Source: a virus
Taxonomy: Duplodnaviria > Caudoviricetes
IMG/VR virus record: IMGVR_UViG_3300046514_000672
Location: 1,654-65,653 of that record
DNA: 64,000 nucleotides
Strand: one strand, 5' to 3'
A model generated the notes under the pieces. It ran no database searches. It worked only from the letters and a program-made list of their open reading frames with translations, and had not been told where the DNA came from. The translations under genes were made by a program, and so were the position numbers. This document shows, in pieces, positions 19,461 to 29,636 of the stretch. How positions within the stretch are numbered: the first letter of the stretch is position 1; each line of letters opens with the position of its first letter.

Positions 19461-21396
19461 ATTTCTACGTATCATGGCCATGTTAGTTATCACGTCCGGG
19501 GTAATGTCCGCCAAGCAAAAGCTCATGGGATACTGCGAAGCGGGGAACAATCCCGTTATCACCAACACCATTGTCTCCACTACAGTAGTGCAGAAATCCT
19601 TCCCGTCCTGTACGGTGACTGTATATATTACCGGTACTCTCACCCTAGCTTCTATCTTCGCTGACAACCTTGGCACCACCCTCTCCAACCCCTTCACGGC
19701 AAATAACGACGGTTCCTGGGGATTCTATGCCTCTAATGGAATCTATGATGTGAATTTCTCCAACGGTGGTATCCCCACCCCTTTCACTCTCGGCGGGAAT
19801 CTCATTAACGATCCATCTGTGTTCTACAATGACGTTACGTTATTTGGCGCTTTCTGTGACGGTATGACAGATGACGCACCCGCAATCAACGCGGCTCTGG
19901 CTAATGGTGGGACTGTGCTCCTTCCACAGAAACAAACCTGTAGACTGGCATCAACTATCACCATCCCTGCCGCATATACCGAACTCCAATGTAACGGATC
20001 TACTCTTCTCTACACCGGCACGGGAGATCTCTTAGATGTGTCTGCGTTTGGCAACACTCCTCCCTACGTCACAGGAAAGGTGGAGAAATGTCTTTTTGAC
20101 GCAACGGGTAATGCCAATGGCAACCTCATCGGTGTGCATCAGTTCTCGCGGTTAGGATTTGTGTATGAGGACGTGCGGTTCTCAAACTTCTCCACCACCA
20201 ACTCAGTAGGTATGGAGTGGGAGAATATCGCGCCGTCTGGTACTTCTCCAGGGTTTACCGAGCAATCTGCTATCAGAAAAGCAGATTTCTTCAATTGTAA
20301 CAAGGGCCTGAAATATATCAACACCGCTGGGTTTAATAGTTTCTTCTATAACTATATCACCGACGTACATTTCACCCTCCTCGACGGCCAGATCGGGCTC
20401 TCTATCGAAGGTAACGGCACCTCCAATAACCTCCTAGTCTTCGGCGGAACATATGACCTTCGCGTGAACATCTCCGCTAATGTCTCTGCACGTGGAGTAT
20501 CTGTAACAGGCGGAGCGGTAGTTGAGAGACAGAATTACTTCGGTGTGGGAGGGGAAAAGACATCTGGATCGGCAACAGATTACTCTCTATATGTAGATGC
20601 CGCTTCGTCAGTATATACCACCGGCCATGTATCCATTGATAACACAGGAGTGTTTTATGGCGGAGCTGAATCCTCCCTCGTTGTCCTACCACCCGTCAAC
20701 CCCACCACCGGTTCCGTTCATTTCGAAAACGGAGGTGGTATCTCCCCGCCCAGGCATTGTAAATATGACCTTGGCTATCCCTCCATCACCCCTAACGCCG
20801 CTAGTGATGCGAAGTTCTGGCTGGCGAACTTCGGCGGCACGGAGAATGATTGTAATTTTCAGATTCTAAAGCGTGCGACGGATAATACCAATCCCGATGT
20901 GGATATTCAAGGTACCGGCCCTGCGCCGGTTAATATCTTCTTCACTGACGCCCTCTCAGGTAACATCGGCATCGGTCCTGGATGGTCGGTGGCTTCCGCG
21001 CCAGTGTATAATCTCGATCTTGGAAAGGTTGGCACCACCTTCCGCACTCCTAATACTTTCATGTCAGGAACCTCCAAAGGCTTCCATCAACAATACGTCT
21101 CTCCCAATCCTGATGAGTCTTTTTCTGTCCTTATCGGTGCCGGTGCCTCCACAGCGACCTTTAACTTCACCACAGCTTGGAACTCTCTCCCCATGTGCAT
21201 CGCTACGCCCAACACAACCCTGGTGTCATACGGAGCTAACCCCATCATCGCAGGCTGGGCAATCGCTCCCTCTGTCTCCTCCGTCACCCTCAACCAGTGG
21301 GCTATGAACCTCACACCCGGTGGGTCCTACGGCACCTCAACCACCCTCACCTTCCCAGTGACATACTTCATCCATTGTAAAGGAAACCCCAACTAA
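19453..21396 (+). CDS. Tailspike-like beta-helix protein with a signal peptide
   Basis: MNKFLRIMAMLVITSGVMSA leader; NPFTA-x-x-DG anchor-like domain; FGA-x-x-DG-x-TDD-x-x-AINAAL pectin-lyase start. Confidence 0.7.
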   Translation: MNKFLRIMAMLVITSGVMSAKQKLMGYCEAGNNPVITNTIVSTTVVQKSFPSCTVTVYITGTLTLASIFADNLGTTLSNPFTANNDGSWGFYASNGIYDVNFSNGGIPTPFTLGGNLINDPSVFYNDVTLFGAFCDGMTDDAPAINAALANGGTVLLPQKQTCRLASTITIPAAYTELQCNGSTLLYTGTGDLLDVSAFGNTPPYVTGKVEKCLFDATGNANGNLIGVHQFSRLGFVYEDVRFSNFSTTNSVGMEWENIAPSGTSPGFTEQSAIRKADFFNCNKGLKYINTAGFNSFFYNYITDVHFTLLDGQIGLSIEGNGTSNNLLVFGGTYDLRVNISANVSARGVSVTGGAVVERQNYFGVGGEKTSGSATDYSLYVDAASSVYTTGHVSIDNTGVFYGGAESSLVVLPPVNPTTGSVHFENGGGISPPRHCKYDLGYPSITPNAASDAKFWLANFGGTENDCNFQILKRATDNTNPDVDIQGTGPAPVNIFFTDALSGNIGIGPGWSVASAPVYNLDLGKVGTTFRTPNTFMSGTSKGFHQQYVSPNPDESFSVLIGAGASTATFNFTTAWNSLPMCIATPNTTLVSYGANPIIAGWAIAPSVSSVTLNQWAMNLTPGGSYGTSTTLTFPVTYFIHCKGNPN

Positions 21397-21397
21397 T

Positions 21398-24300
21398 ATG
21401 TCTCTGCAATCCGATCTCTCCGCTCTGTTAGGACCTAACAAATCTATCGGCCAAGAATTCAGGCGCGTCTCGAAACGTGCGATATCTTTAGGAGTTGAGC
21501 TTAACTCTCCTGTGGATCTCGTGCCACCTGGGAAGTATCCTCTTTTACAAAATGTTAGATCTTATCAGGGGGGAAGGATCGAGGCACGACAGGGATTGGT
21601 GAGAGTAGCGCAGGCTCCTATCGCAGACACTAACGTTCACTCCATCGCTAGAATGAATGATTATGTATTTCAGAACTTCGTGAGGTTCCTTGGTGCGGGG
21701 ACAAATCTCTACTCAGGGGTGAACAGCTTTACCCAGATCGATACTGGATACTCGGGCGACCCCCTTTCCGTCGTCCCCTATCGTCCTGATCAGTCCCCTA
21801 GGGTCTGGGCATATATCGCCAACGCCAATAAAATGCGTAAGGTAGATACGGACAACACCGTATATAACGTAGGTATTGCTCCTCCTATTGATATCCCCTC
21901 TGCCGAACTTGCCCCGCCTAATTACCTACCTGCGAATGTGTTTGATCTAGGGGCCGGGAACTGGGGAGCAACGGGTGCGACAAATCCAGTGTTGGGAAAT
22001 AGATTAACAGGTGTTACCATTGGCACCATTCTCTATATCAATGGCGTATCTGGCTGGGCACTAATCGCCCCTTCTGGAGGTTTCTCTGACGCTATTTCCA
22101 CAGGAATGAGATTGATCATCAACGGAGGAGCTGGAAATCAGGAGTCTGCTACTGTCGAGGACACAAAGAAGGTATTCGTCCCCAACGCCTCACCTGCATT
22201 AACCGTAACGGGGATTATCTACGACAACCCTATAGCCGCCACTGGTCTTGCAACCATTACCCTTAGTCAACAATTAAATGGCATTGAGAGGAACTCTCTT
22301 ATTCAAATTGAAAGTGAATGGGTGAGGGTGATATCTGTCACTCCTGCTCCAACTGGTATCTACAACGCCAGTTTTCGTGTCTCTACTACCATCTCACATG
22401 GTGTGGGATCGGGGATCACTCTTCCACCCCAAGGCAACATCTATATCTACCTTGCCAACACTCACGTTGCCGGTGAGCCACTAACCGCCACCATGCAGAC
22501 ATCTACCATCGCAGGTGGGTCCACAGGAGCCACTGGGAGCTTCTACACCAATGCCGCAGCGGCGTTCCCGTATAATTTTGGTGCTATCGGTGGTGTGCCG
22601 ATCCAACCTGATGATTTTATCCATGTTGGTGTATATGTGGACCATCCAGAGTGGTTAGTGGAGGGGAAATTAGTATTAGATATCGATCCTAATACCACGG
22701 TCACACATACTGCGTTAGATGGCAACCAGAATGCCTATTGGAAATCATTTCGTCCTAATGACCTCCAGCCAATTATTCTCTCTGCTGAGACCACTGATTC
22801 TGCAAGGACCGCCGCTATTCAACTCCAGGTACAGAATGAATCTGACGTGGCGTTTGCGACTAACCTAGAGGGAGGTATCGCGCCGGAACTACAATCTGGA
22901 TCATCCCAACAGGTATTGGGACAACAGGTGTGGACGGATTTTATCTGGAAAGTGTCTGACCTGTTCAGGGTGGGTAGTAATCAATTCGTGGATCTCTCCA
23001 CGCTTCGTGCGATACAGTTCCGTATCACTGTCGCCGCAGGACAGACAATTAATGTCTCAGTGCATAACTTATGGGTGGGCGGTGGATATGGACCGGATAA
23101 CTGGCCTAACCACTCTCCATTTATCTATCGGGTGAGATATAGATCCTCCGCCACCGGCGCTAAGTCTCTTCCCGGCCCAGCAATGAGAACTGGGATTGAT
23201 TCCCGGCGTCAGGCGATCACCGTTACCTGCGCCCAGTCCCTTGATCCTCAGGTAGACAAAATTGACATTGAGAGGTTGGGCGGAACGAATCCAGACTGGC
23301 ATTATATCGCCACTATCGCCAATTCCTCCACGCCTACATATATCGACGCCCAAGCCAGTGGGGCTATTATCACCAATCCTCCATTGGATATCGATGTGTC
23401 TCAGCCGTTTGCCATTTCAGACTTGCCCAAAACCTCTACCGTTACTGTCTCAGGTACAGCGGTGTTTCGCACCGCAGGGAGTGTTTTTAACACCGCCTGG
23501 GAGAAAGGGACGGAGGTGATCGTCAATGGCATTTCCACTACCCTCTATGCATCCCCTTACTCCACTGCCCTTCTTCACGTTGCTGACACCATCCCATCAG
23601 GCACTGGATTAATCCTGGAGATCAACGAACCCATTCTTGCTGGTCAGCCTCTCCCGGTTATGTGGGGACCGTTCTATGAGTGCCTGTTTGGTGTAGGGAA
23701 TCCCCTCGACGCAGGGAGTGTATATTTCACTAACCCTACTAATCCAGATGGTGCGTCGGTGAAGAATCGTATAGAGGTAACCTCTCCATCAGAGAAAATG
23801 CAAAACGGCTGTCTCTATGACGGCAGGAGTTATGCATTTTCAGACCAGAGATTCTTCCAAGTAACCCCCTCTAGTTCCGCTACGGTTAAGTTCGACTTCA
23901 CAGAGATCCCCAATGGTAAGGGACTGTTCGCCAAATGGGCATTCTCAGTAGGTAAGAAGATCCACTTCCTAGCATCAGATGGGATATATGAGACCACCGG
24001 CGGGGAACCGATTTGTATCTCTGACGATATCCGGCCACTATTCCCACAGGGCGATTCCCCTGGATTTGCAGTTAATAGTATAAATCCTATAGACATGACT
24101 ATGACAGATAACCTACGTCTGGCGGAGCACCAAGGATATGTATATTTTGATTATATAGACACTAGTGGATTTTTAAAAACACTTGTTTATGTCGAAGACG
24201 ACAAAGCATGGTATCCAGATAGTTATTTTTCTGGAGACATACTAAAGGGTGTCCTTAGTCATTATTCTGAAACAGGAGAATTTAAAGGAGTAGAATATAG

Positions 24301-25339
24301 AACTCTACTTATTGGAGGAAACAACAATCTTCTTTTCACTCCAGGCGGAACTTTTGATGATAACGAAGAGATTCTATGTACCGCCGCTACCCCCGCAGAG
24401 AATTTAGACGACCCTAGGGCCAAAAAACAATTTGGAGATTTGGCATTTGATTTAGATCCTGATAATACAGACATCACAGTGATGCCAAGAATTAGCAATC
24501 TTTCTACCTCTCTACCGTCTGTAGTTTATAATTATGCCGGTCGCGGAATTTCCGCTCCGCTTGATTTATCCTCTGGTGCGGGAGTGTTCGCTAGGAATAT
24601 AGGAGTGATATTTAGTTGGTCTACTAGAACGGGTAATCCTAAGATCTACGGCTACGACATTTCGTATCTCCTTCGCCCAGAAGACACAGCGATGAGAGCA
24701 ACGGACTGGTCGGATGATGGATATCCAGGGGACAAATTCTTCCAGGGATTTTTGCTCACATGTGACACTAAAGGACTAGACAAGGTGATTAAGATCCAAG
24801 GGGATCAGGGGGACGTAGAGACGTTTACCATTAATCATAATGGTATTGAGACAAAACCGTATGTGTTCACCCCGCCGAAGATCTTCTCCTTGGTAAGGAT
24901 AATTTCTACTGATACAGTACTCTGGGATTATTACAAGACCAAATGGGTATGGGAGCCGTCGCCGAACTTAGTGACCTTGTATCAAACCCAAGGCACTACC
25001 CATGACATCCCTGGGTATCAATTCCTAAAAGACGGCTACATCGCGCATATGTCTACGGCAGATGTCATCCTTACCATTAACGTGGACGGGACGCTGTTCA
25101 GTTACAAAATCCCAGCCTCAGGCGGTGTGTATGTTAAGAACTACCTAGTGTTCGCCATCAATCCCTCCACCGGGCAGGCGCTGAAGGGCAAGTTATTTGC
25201 ATACGGTGTGTCCTCAACCGCACCTTTCCGCCTCTTTGAGAAAGACTGCGAGGTACGGGTCCATTCCTGGATCGGCGGGGATTACGTGGTAAAGCAGCCA
25301 TTTGGGGATATCCACAGGTTGGCCGGGGCTAGAATATAG
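21398..25339 (+). CDS. Tail nozzle/stabilization-like protein (1313 aa)
   Basis: L-x-NVR N-terminus; FLASDGIY and ISDDI propeller motifs; large beta-rich insert. Confidence 0.6.
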   Translation: MSLQSDLSALLGPNKSIGQEFRRVSKRAISLGVELNSPVDLVPPGKYPLLQNVRSYQGGRIEARQGLVRVAQAPIADTNVHSIARMNDYVFQNFVRFLGAGTNLYSGVNSFTQIDTGYSGDPLSVVPYRPDQSPRVWAYIANANKMRKVDTDNTVYNVGIAPPIDIPSAELAPPNYLPANVFDLGAGNWGATGATNPVLGNRLTGVTIGTILYINGVSGWALIAPSGGFSDAISTGMRLIINGGAGNQESATVEDTKKVFVPNASPALTVTGIIYDNPIAATGLATITLSQQLNGIERNSLIQIESEWVRVISVTPAPTGIYNASFRVSTTISHGVGSGITLPPQGNIYIYLANTHVAGEPLTATMQTSTIAGGSTGATGSFYTNAAAAFPYNFGAIGGVPIQPDDFIHVGVYVDHPEWLVEGKLVLDIDPNTTVTHTALDGNQNAYWKSFRPNDLQPIILSAETTDSARTAAIQLQVQNESDVAFATNLEGGIAPELQSGSSQQVLGQQVWTDFIWKVSDLFRVGSNQFVDLSTLRAIQFRITVAAGQTINVSVHNLWVGGGYGPDNWPNHSPFIYRVRYRSSATGAKSLPGPAMRTGIDSRRQAITVTCAQSLDPQVDKIDIERLGGTNPDWHYIATIANSSTPTYIDAQASGAIITNPPLDIDVSQPFAISDLPKTSTVTVSGTAVFRTAGSVFNTAWEKGTEVIVNGISTTLYASPYSTALLHVADTIPSGTGLILEINEPILAGQPLPVMWGPFYECLFGVGNPLDAGSVYFTNPTNPDGASVKNRIEVTSPSEKMQNGCLYDGRSYAFSDQRFFQVTPSSSATVKFDFTEIPNGKGLFAKWAFSVGKKIHFLASDGIYETTGGEPICISDDIRPLFPQGDSPGFAVNSINPIDMTMTDNLRLAEHQGYVYFDYIDTSGFLKTLVYVEDDKAWYPDSYFSGDILKGVLSHYSETGEFKGVEYRTLLIGGNNNLLFTPGGTFDDNEEILCTAATPAENLDDPRAKKQFGDLAFDLDPDNTDITVMPRISNLSTSLPSVVYNYAGRGISAPLDLSSGAGVFARNIGVIFSWSTRTGNPKIYGYDISYLLRPEDTAMRATDWSDDGYPGDKFFQGFLLTCDTKGLDKVIKIQGDQGDVETFTINHNGIETKPYVFTPPKIFSLVRIISTDTVLWDYYKTKWVWEPSPNLVTLYQTQGTTHDIPGYQFLKDGYIAHMSTADVILTINVDGTLFSYKIPASGGVYVKNYLVFAINPSTGQALKGKLFAYGVSSTAPFRLFEKDCEVRVHSWIGGDYVVKQPFGDIHRLAGARI

Positions 25340-25367
25340 TTGATAGAATAGAGTTATAGGAGATCAA

Positions 25368-25724
25368 ATGGCGATTAACAGACCAAGGCGATCATATTAC
25401 GGGGTGCAAATAACCTTGACAAGTGCGGATACTAACTATGAGATTTACACTCTGGTTGAGGCAATTGTCACCGTGGCCACTAACCCTTCCGACGCGCCGG
25501 GTGCGTGTAGGGAGTTTAACATCCAGTCCGATCCTGGGAATGACGGGAGTAATCCGATACTGGTTGGGGATTCTGAACTATCTGCAACACGATATGGATA
25601 TTCTCTCTCTGCTGGGGATTCCAGAGTGTACCGGAGTGATATCAATAACGTTCAGGTAGCTGGGAAATATGTACGGTCCCATGCGTCTGGGCAGAAGTTG
25701 AATGTGGAGATCGATCTGGGATAA
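25368..25724 (+). CDS. Small beta-sandwich virion protein
   Basis: AGGAG RBS; I-Q ... N ... I-x-VG ... G-x-x-L-x-x-G pattern. Confidence 0.5.
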   Translation: MAINRPRRSYYGVQITLTSADTNYEIYTLVEAIVTVATNPSDAPGACREFNIQSDPGNDGSNPILVGDSELSATRYGYSLSAGDSRVYRSDINNVQVAGKYVRSHASGQKLNVEIDLG

Positions 25725-25725
25725 T

Positions 25726-26349
25726 ATGAAGAAACTATTCTATCCATTATCGTTTCTTTTCGTACTATTACTCTCTGTATACTTCACACCGCTACCTGTG
25801 TATTCACAGGGCGGAGGTGGAATTAGTATTTCTGTGGCGAGGAAATTCGTTATCTACACTACCCTCCCAGCTACATGCGCGGCGGGACAGGTAGCTTATC
25901 AGATTTCTGACACCTCCTTTTACGGTTGTACCTCTACTAACACATGGCATCTCTTGGGCACCTCTGGCGGATCAGGAACGGTAACCAGTATTGTATTTTC
26001 TGCTCCTCTCACGGGCGGTACTGTCACCACAACCGGAACTGTTGGGTGCGCCACCTGTACGATTACCATAGCTTCAGGAACTAAGGCCCTGGCTACTTCC
26101 CTTATCGCTTCTGGGGCATGTTCTGCTGCCCAGACAGCCACAGCTACCGGTACTTTAACCACCGATTCTATCGCAGCATCTTTCAACGCTGACCCCACGG
26201 GTGTAACAGGATACACTCCCTCCACTTCTGGAGGGCTCTATATTGTCGCGTACCCCACTGCGGATCTTGCCAATTTCAAAGTCTGCAACAATACTTCCGC
26301 AGGAATTACTCCCGGCGCAATTACCCTTAATTTCCGCGTTACTCGATAA
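25726..26349 (+). CDS. Signal-peptide, Cys-rich tail-associated protein
   Basis: MKKLFYPLSFLFVLLLSVYF leader; C-terminal ~95 aa nearly duplicate the end of the 26359 protein. Confidence 0.65.
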   Translation: MKKLFYPLSFLFVLLLSVYFTPLPVYSQGGGGISISVARKFVIYTTLPATCAAGQVAYQISDTSFYGCTSTNTWHLLGTSGGSGTVTSIVFSAPLTGGTVTTTGTVGCATCTITIASGTKALATSLIASGACSAAQTATATGTLTTDSIAASFNADPTGVTGYTPSTSGGLYIVAYPTADLANFKVCNNTSAGITPGAITLNFRVTR

Positions 26350-26358
26350 GGAGAAGAT

Positions 26359-28908
26359 ATGAAATTACTCTCAAAGATACTCATCCTTTGCTCCTTGGGA
26401 GTAATGTCATATGGGAGGGGATTACTCTCAGGGAATTGTGAACAGGGAGGATGGAGAGTTCAAACACAAGGAATGCAATCCTCGACCCTCGTTCAGCGTA
26501 GTTTCCCTGCATGTACGGTGACGGTATATGTGGTAGGGTCTGGAACCCCTGCTACTATTTATTCCTCCAGCTCCGGTTCGCCCCATCTCAACCCATTCAC
26601 TGCCGGTCCTGATGGGAGTTATCTCTTCTACGCAGATGATAATAATTATGAGATTCATTTCTCAGGTGCGAATATCATCACAGCATTTATTCGCTACGGC
26701 ACGGTATCCTCCGGTAGCGGAAGCCTTGCCAACGTCTCCACCACACCCACTGCTAATTTCATTCCCCAGGCATATAATACAGCTCTAATAGATATTGGAT
26801 GGCTACCTAGAACCGGCACTGGATCTAAGGTCCTCACCGCTACCGGCACCCTCACCCCTGACACAGGCGCGTGTTTTGATTCTAATAACAACGCTGTGTC
26901 CTGCCCTAATGGATTGTTTGACGCCACGGTTCTCTACGTCTCTGCCACCGGTAATGACGCTAACCCTGGCACATCCTGGGCGTTTCCTAAACGCACCGTG
27001 GCCGCAGCGGTCAATGCTCTCCCTCTCTCAGTAGGCGGCGTGGCATCACACACAGGCACGGTGAACATCGGTCCTGGAACATTCGTGGAAACCGCCACGC
27101 CTATCGAGTTCAACGCCGACATCCACCTTGTTTGTGCGGCGTCTGGAGACAACGGCGAAGGGGTGAATAACGCTACGGTGATTCAGTTAGGCTCTGGCCG
27201 TAACACCTCCCTCTTCTCATACACCTCTGCATACTCTATGGCAAACGGCTACGCACATTTTCTCCAGGCAGACCATTGTATGTTTGATGGGAATAAAGGG
27301 AGTAATTCTTCAGCTCCTGCGCTCATCAAGATCTGGAACGGTGGATATCAAAATAGCTTTCATGAGGTAGGGTTCCAGAACGCACATGGCGTGGCGTTGC
27401 AGATCGATAACCAAGCGGTGAACTTCTCATGCTTTGTATGCACCTTCGCAGGAAATGATGGAGGTGCGTTTTATCTCAATGACCTCGTAGGCGCTAACGT
27501 CGTCTCCTTCTATGACACACAGATCGATAACTCAGGGGTGAATCCTATCCTCATCACCCAGGCACTGACCGACACCGGTGGATCAAATATCGCCACGTTT
27601 ATCAATACTAAATTCGAAGCCACAACCGGCGTCGTCAACCACGCGCACGTCATCGACTTTACTCCTCCTTCCTCCAGCGGCAATCCATTCTCCATTAATA
27701 TCATGGGACTCACGGCAGAGAACACGATTGGTTCCGGCACCTTCGCCATCTTCCAAGAGAACCAAGGGGGGTACGGAGCGAATTGGAATATTCAAGGAGT
27801 GAATGTTGGTGGGTATACTGGGGCGTTTAAGAATAATAAGAACGGTGCGATTAGTAATAACGGGGAAATTAAACACCTCATCGATTCCGACACAGCCAAT
27901 CTCTATGAGTCCTCTCCTGATATTCAGGTATCGGGCGGCGCGGGGATTTATTCCGGTCTCGGTACGCCTGTTGGTAATGTCGCGGCATGCATAGGATCGG
28001 TGTATATGCGCTTGAATGGCGGCGTGAGTACTACCCTCTATGTCAAACAATCGGGAATATGTACGGACAACACTGGCTGGGCACCGGCAGGAGGCGGAGG
28101 TGGCGGATCTGTTGACGCTACGATTATTCAAGAGGCAACATTAGTGGCCGTTGCTTCTGGATCTGGCACGGCCTATGCAGGCAACGCCACTACTTGTATC
28201 TCTAGCTATCTGGCTGGACAGGTATTTCTATGGAAACCGGATACCACTAATACTTCCACCACTCCTTCGTTAAATATCTGTACTCAGGGGCCGAAGACAA
28301 TTGTTCATAGGTCAGATAGTTCAGCCTTGGCAAATAATGAATTAGATACCGGCCAATACTGCACATCTCTCTATGACGGCACCAATATGCTCACGTCTGG
28401 GTGTTTCATGGGTCCTGGAACCACTACCTATACCTATAACAACTCCCTCGCCACACCTGCCAGTGGGCATGGGAACTTGGGATTCTACGGTACCGGGAAG
28501 GTTATCCAAGGTGTGTCTGATGACGGAACTAATAGCTATTCTGTACAGGATAATACCTGCACCGGACAGGTCGTGCAAAAGATTGTCGCAGGCTCTATTA
28601 CTTGTGGATCGGTAGGTTTAGAAATTGCAACAGGATCAAAAGCTCTTGCCACTGGTGCCATTTCTTCTGGAACCTGTACCTCGGCCCAAACCGCTACGGC
28701 CACCGGCACATTAACTACTGATACTATCCTAGCGGCTTTCAACGCTGACCCTACTGGAACTACCGGATATCTCCCCTCCACATCAGGTGGACTTTATATT
28801 ATTGCCTATCCCACTGCCGACACGGTTAACTTTAAAGTTTGTAATAATACAATTGGAAGTATAACCCCTGGTGCCGCTATCACTATTAATTGGAGAACAA
28901 TACGATGA
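26359..28908 (+). CDS. Second tailspike-like beta-helix protein with a signal peptide
   Basis: MKLLSKILILCSLGVMSYG leader; N-domain shared with 19453; YVSATGND-x-N-x-G ... P-x-x-TV-x-x-AV beta-helix start; G-x-G-x-P-x-G-x-V-x-A-x-x-GS-x-Y tail module. Confidence 0.7.
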   Translation: MKLLSKILILCSLGVMSYGRGLLSGNCEQGGWRVQTQGMQSSTLVQRSFPACTVTVYVVGSGTPATIYSSSSGSPHLNPFTAGPDGSYLFYADDNNYEIHFSGANIITAFIRYGTVSSGSGSLANVSTTPTANFIPQAYNTALIDIGWLPRTGTGSKVLTATGTLTPDTGACFDSNNNAVSCPNGLFDATVLYVSATGNDANPGTSWAFPKRTVAAAVNALPLSVGGVASHTGTVNIGPGTFVETATPIEFNADIHLVCAASGDNGEGVNNATVIQLGSGRNTSLFSYTSAYSMANGYAHFLQADHCMFDGNKGSNSSAPALIKIWNGGYQNSFHEVGFQNAHGVALQIDNQAVNFSCFVCTFAGNDGGAFYLNDLVGANVVSFYDTQIDNSGVNPILITQALTDTGGSNIATFINTKFEATTGVVNHAHVIDFTPPSSSGNPFSINIMGLTAENTIGSGTFAIFQENQGGYGANWNIQGVNVGGYTGAFKNNKNGAISNNGEIKHLIDSDTANLYESSPDIQVSGGAGIYSGLGTPVGNVAACIGSVYMRLNGGVSTTLYVKQSGICTDNTGWAPAGGGGGGSVDATIIQEATLVAVASGSGTAYAGNATTCISSYLAGQVFLWKPDTTNTSTTPSLNICTQGPKTIVHRSDSSALANNELDTGQYCTSLYDGTNMLTSGCFMGPGTTTYTYNNSLATPASGHGNLGFYGTGKVIQGVSDDGTNSYSVQDNTCTGQVVQKIVAGSITCGSVGLEIATGSKALATGAISSGTCTSAQTATATGTLTTDTILAAFNADPTGTTGYLPSTSGGLYIIAYPTADTVNFKVCNNTIGSITPGAAITINWRTIR

Positions 28909-29636
28909 AAAAACTAATTCTATTATTCCTATTAGCCATACAAGGAATCTTTGCGACATGTACCACGCCTTGTAAGGATACCCAGTTCTTTGCCACCAAT
29001 GGGGCTACAGGAACTACGCCTGCTATGAACAACACAGGTGCGACGGCACTTATTGTCCTTGGCAGTTGCTTTAGCCAAGACTGCTCAGGCATAACCATCA
29101 CCAGTTCTCCTGGTAACACTTTCACATGTTTAACGTCATTGTCTGGAGCAACAAGTTCTGCAATTTTATGTTATGCACTTACTCCGATAGTGAGTAGTTC
29201 TCAAACAGTATCTTACAGCGGCTGCTCTGTTGGGTGTGGAGTGTTTGCAATGTCCTTAACCGGAACAGGAGCATTGGATGGCAGTCCTGGGTTTGTTTCT
29301 CATCTCGATTCCGGCGGCACCGTTAGCAGTTTTCAGCCTGGATCTATTTCCACGTCACAATCCAACAGCGTAGTCATATCTGGTATGGGAGGATATTGTA
29401 CTAGTTCTTTTGGTATCATTAGCATCGATTCAAGCTATACCATTGGTGTTAGTCAATGTCTGGCCACCGCGATGGACGGAGGCATTGCCTACAAGGTGAT
29501 TTCTGCCGCTGGAGCAACTAATCCTACATGGAGTATAACCAGCGCCAACTGGCAAAACGCAGCAGGATATAACATTGCATTTTTAGCCGCTGCCACTAGT
29601 ACTGCATCCCAACCTAATATATTAGGGATTTTATAA
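28905..29636 (+). CDS. Signal-peptide, Cys-rich beta protein
   Basis: MKKLILLFLLAIQGIFA leader; 10 Cys. Confidence 0.65.
   Translation: MKKLILLFLLAIQGIFATCTTPCKDTQFFATNGATGTTPAMNNTGATALIVLGSCFSQDCSGITITSSPGNTFTCLTSLSGATSSAILCYALTPIVSSSQTVSYSGCSVGCGVFAMSLTGTGALDGSPGFVSHLDSGGTVSSFQPGSISTSQSNSVVISGMGGYCTSSFGIISIDSSYTIGVSQCLATAMDGGIAYKVISAAGATNPTWSITSANWQNAAGYNIAFLAAATSTASQPNILGIL

Noticed and set aside
26060-28908. Duplicated C-terminal sequence as a diversity-generating retroelement TR/VR pair
   Set aside because: Both copies are coding, differences look mostly synonymous rather than adenine-specific, and no reverse transcriptase is in the window.
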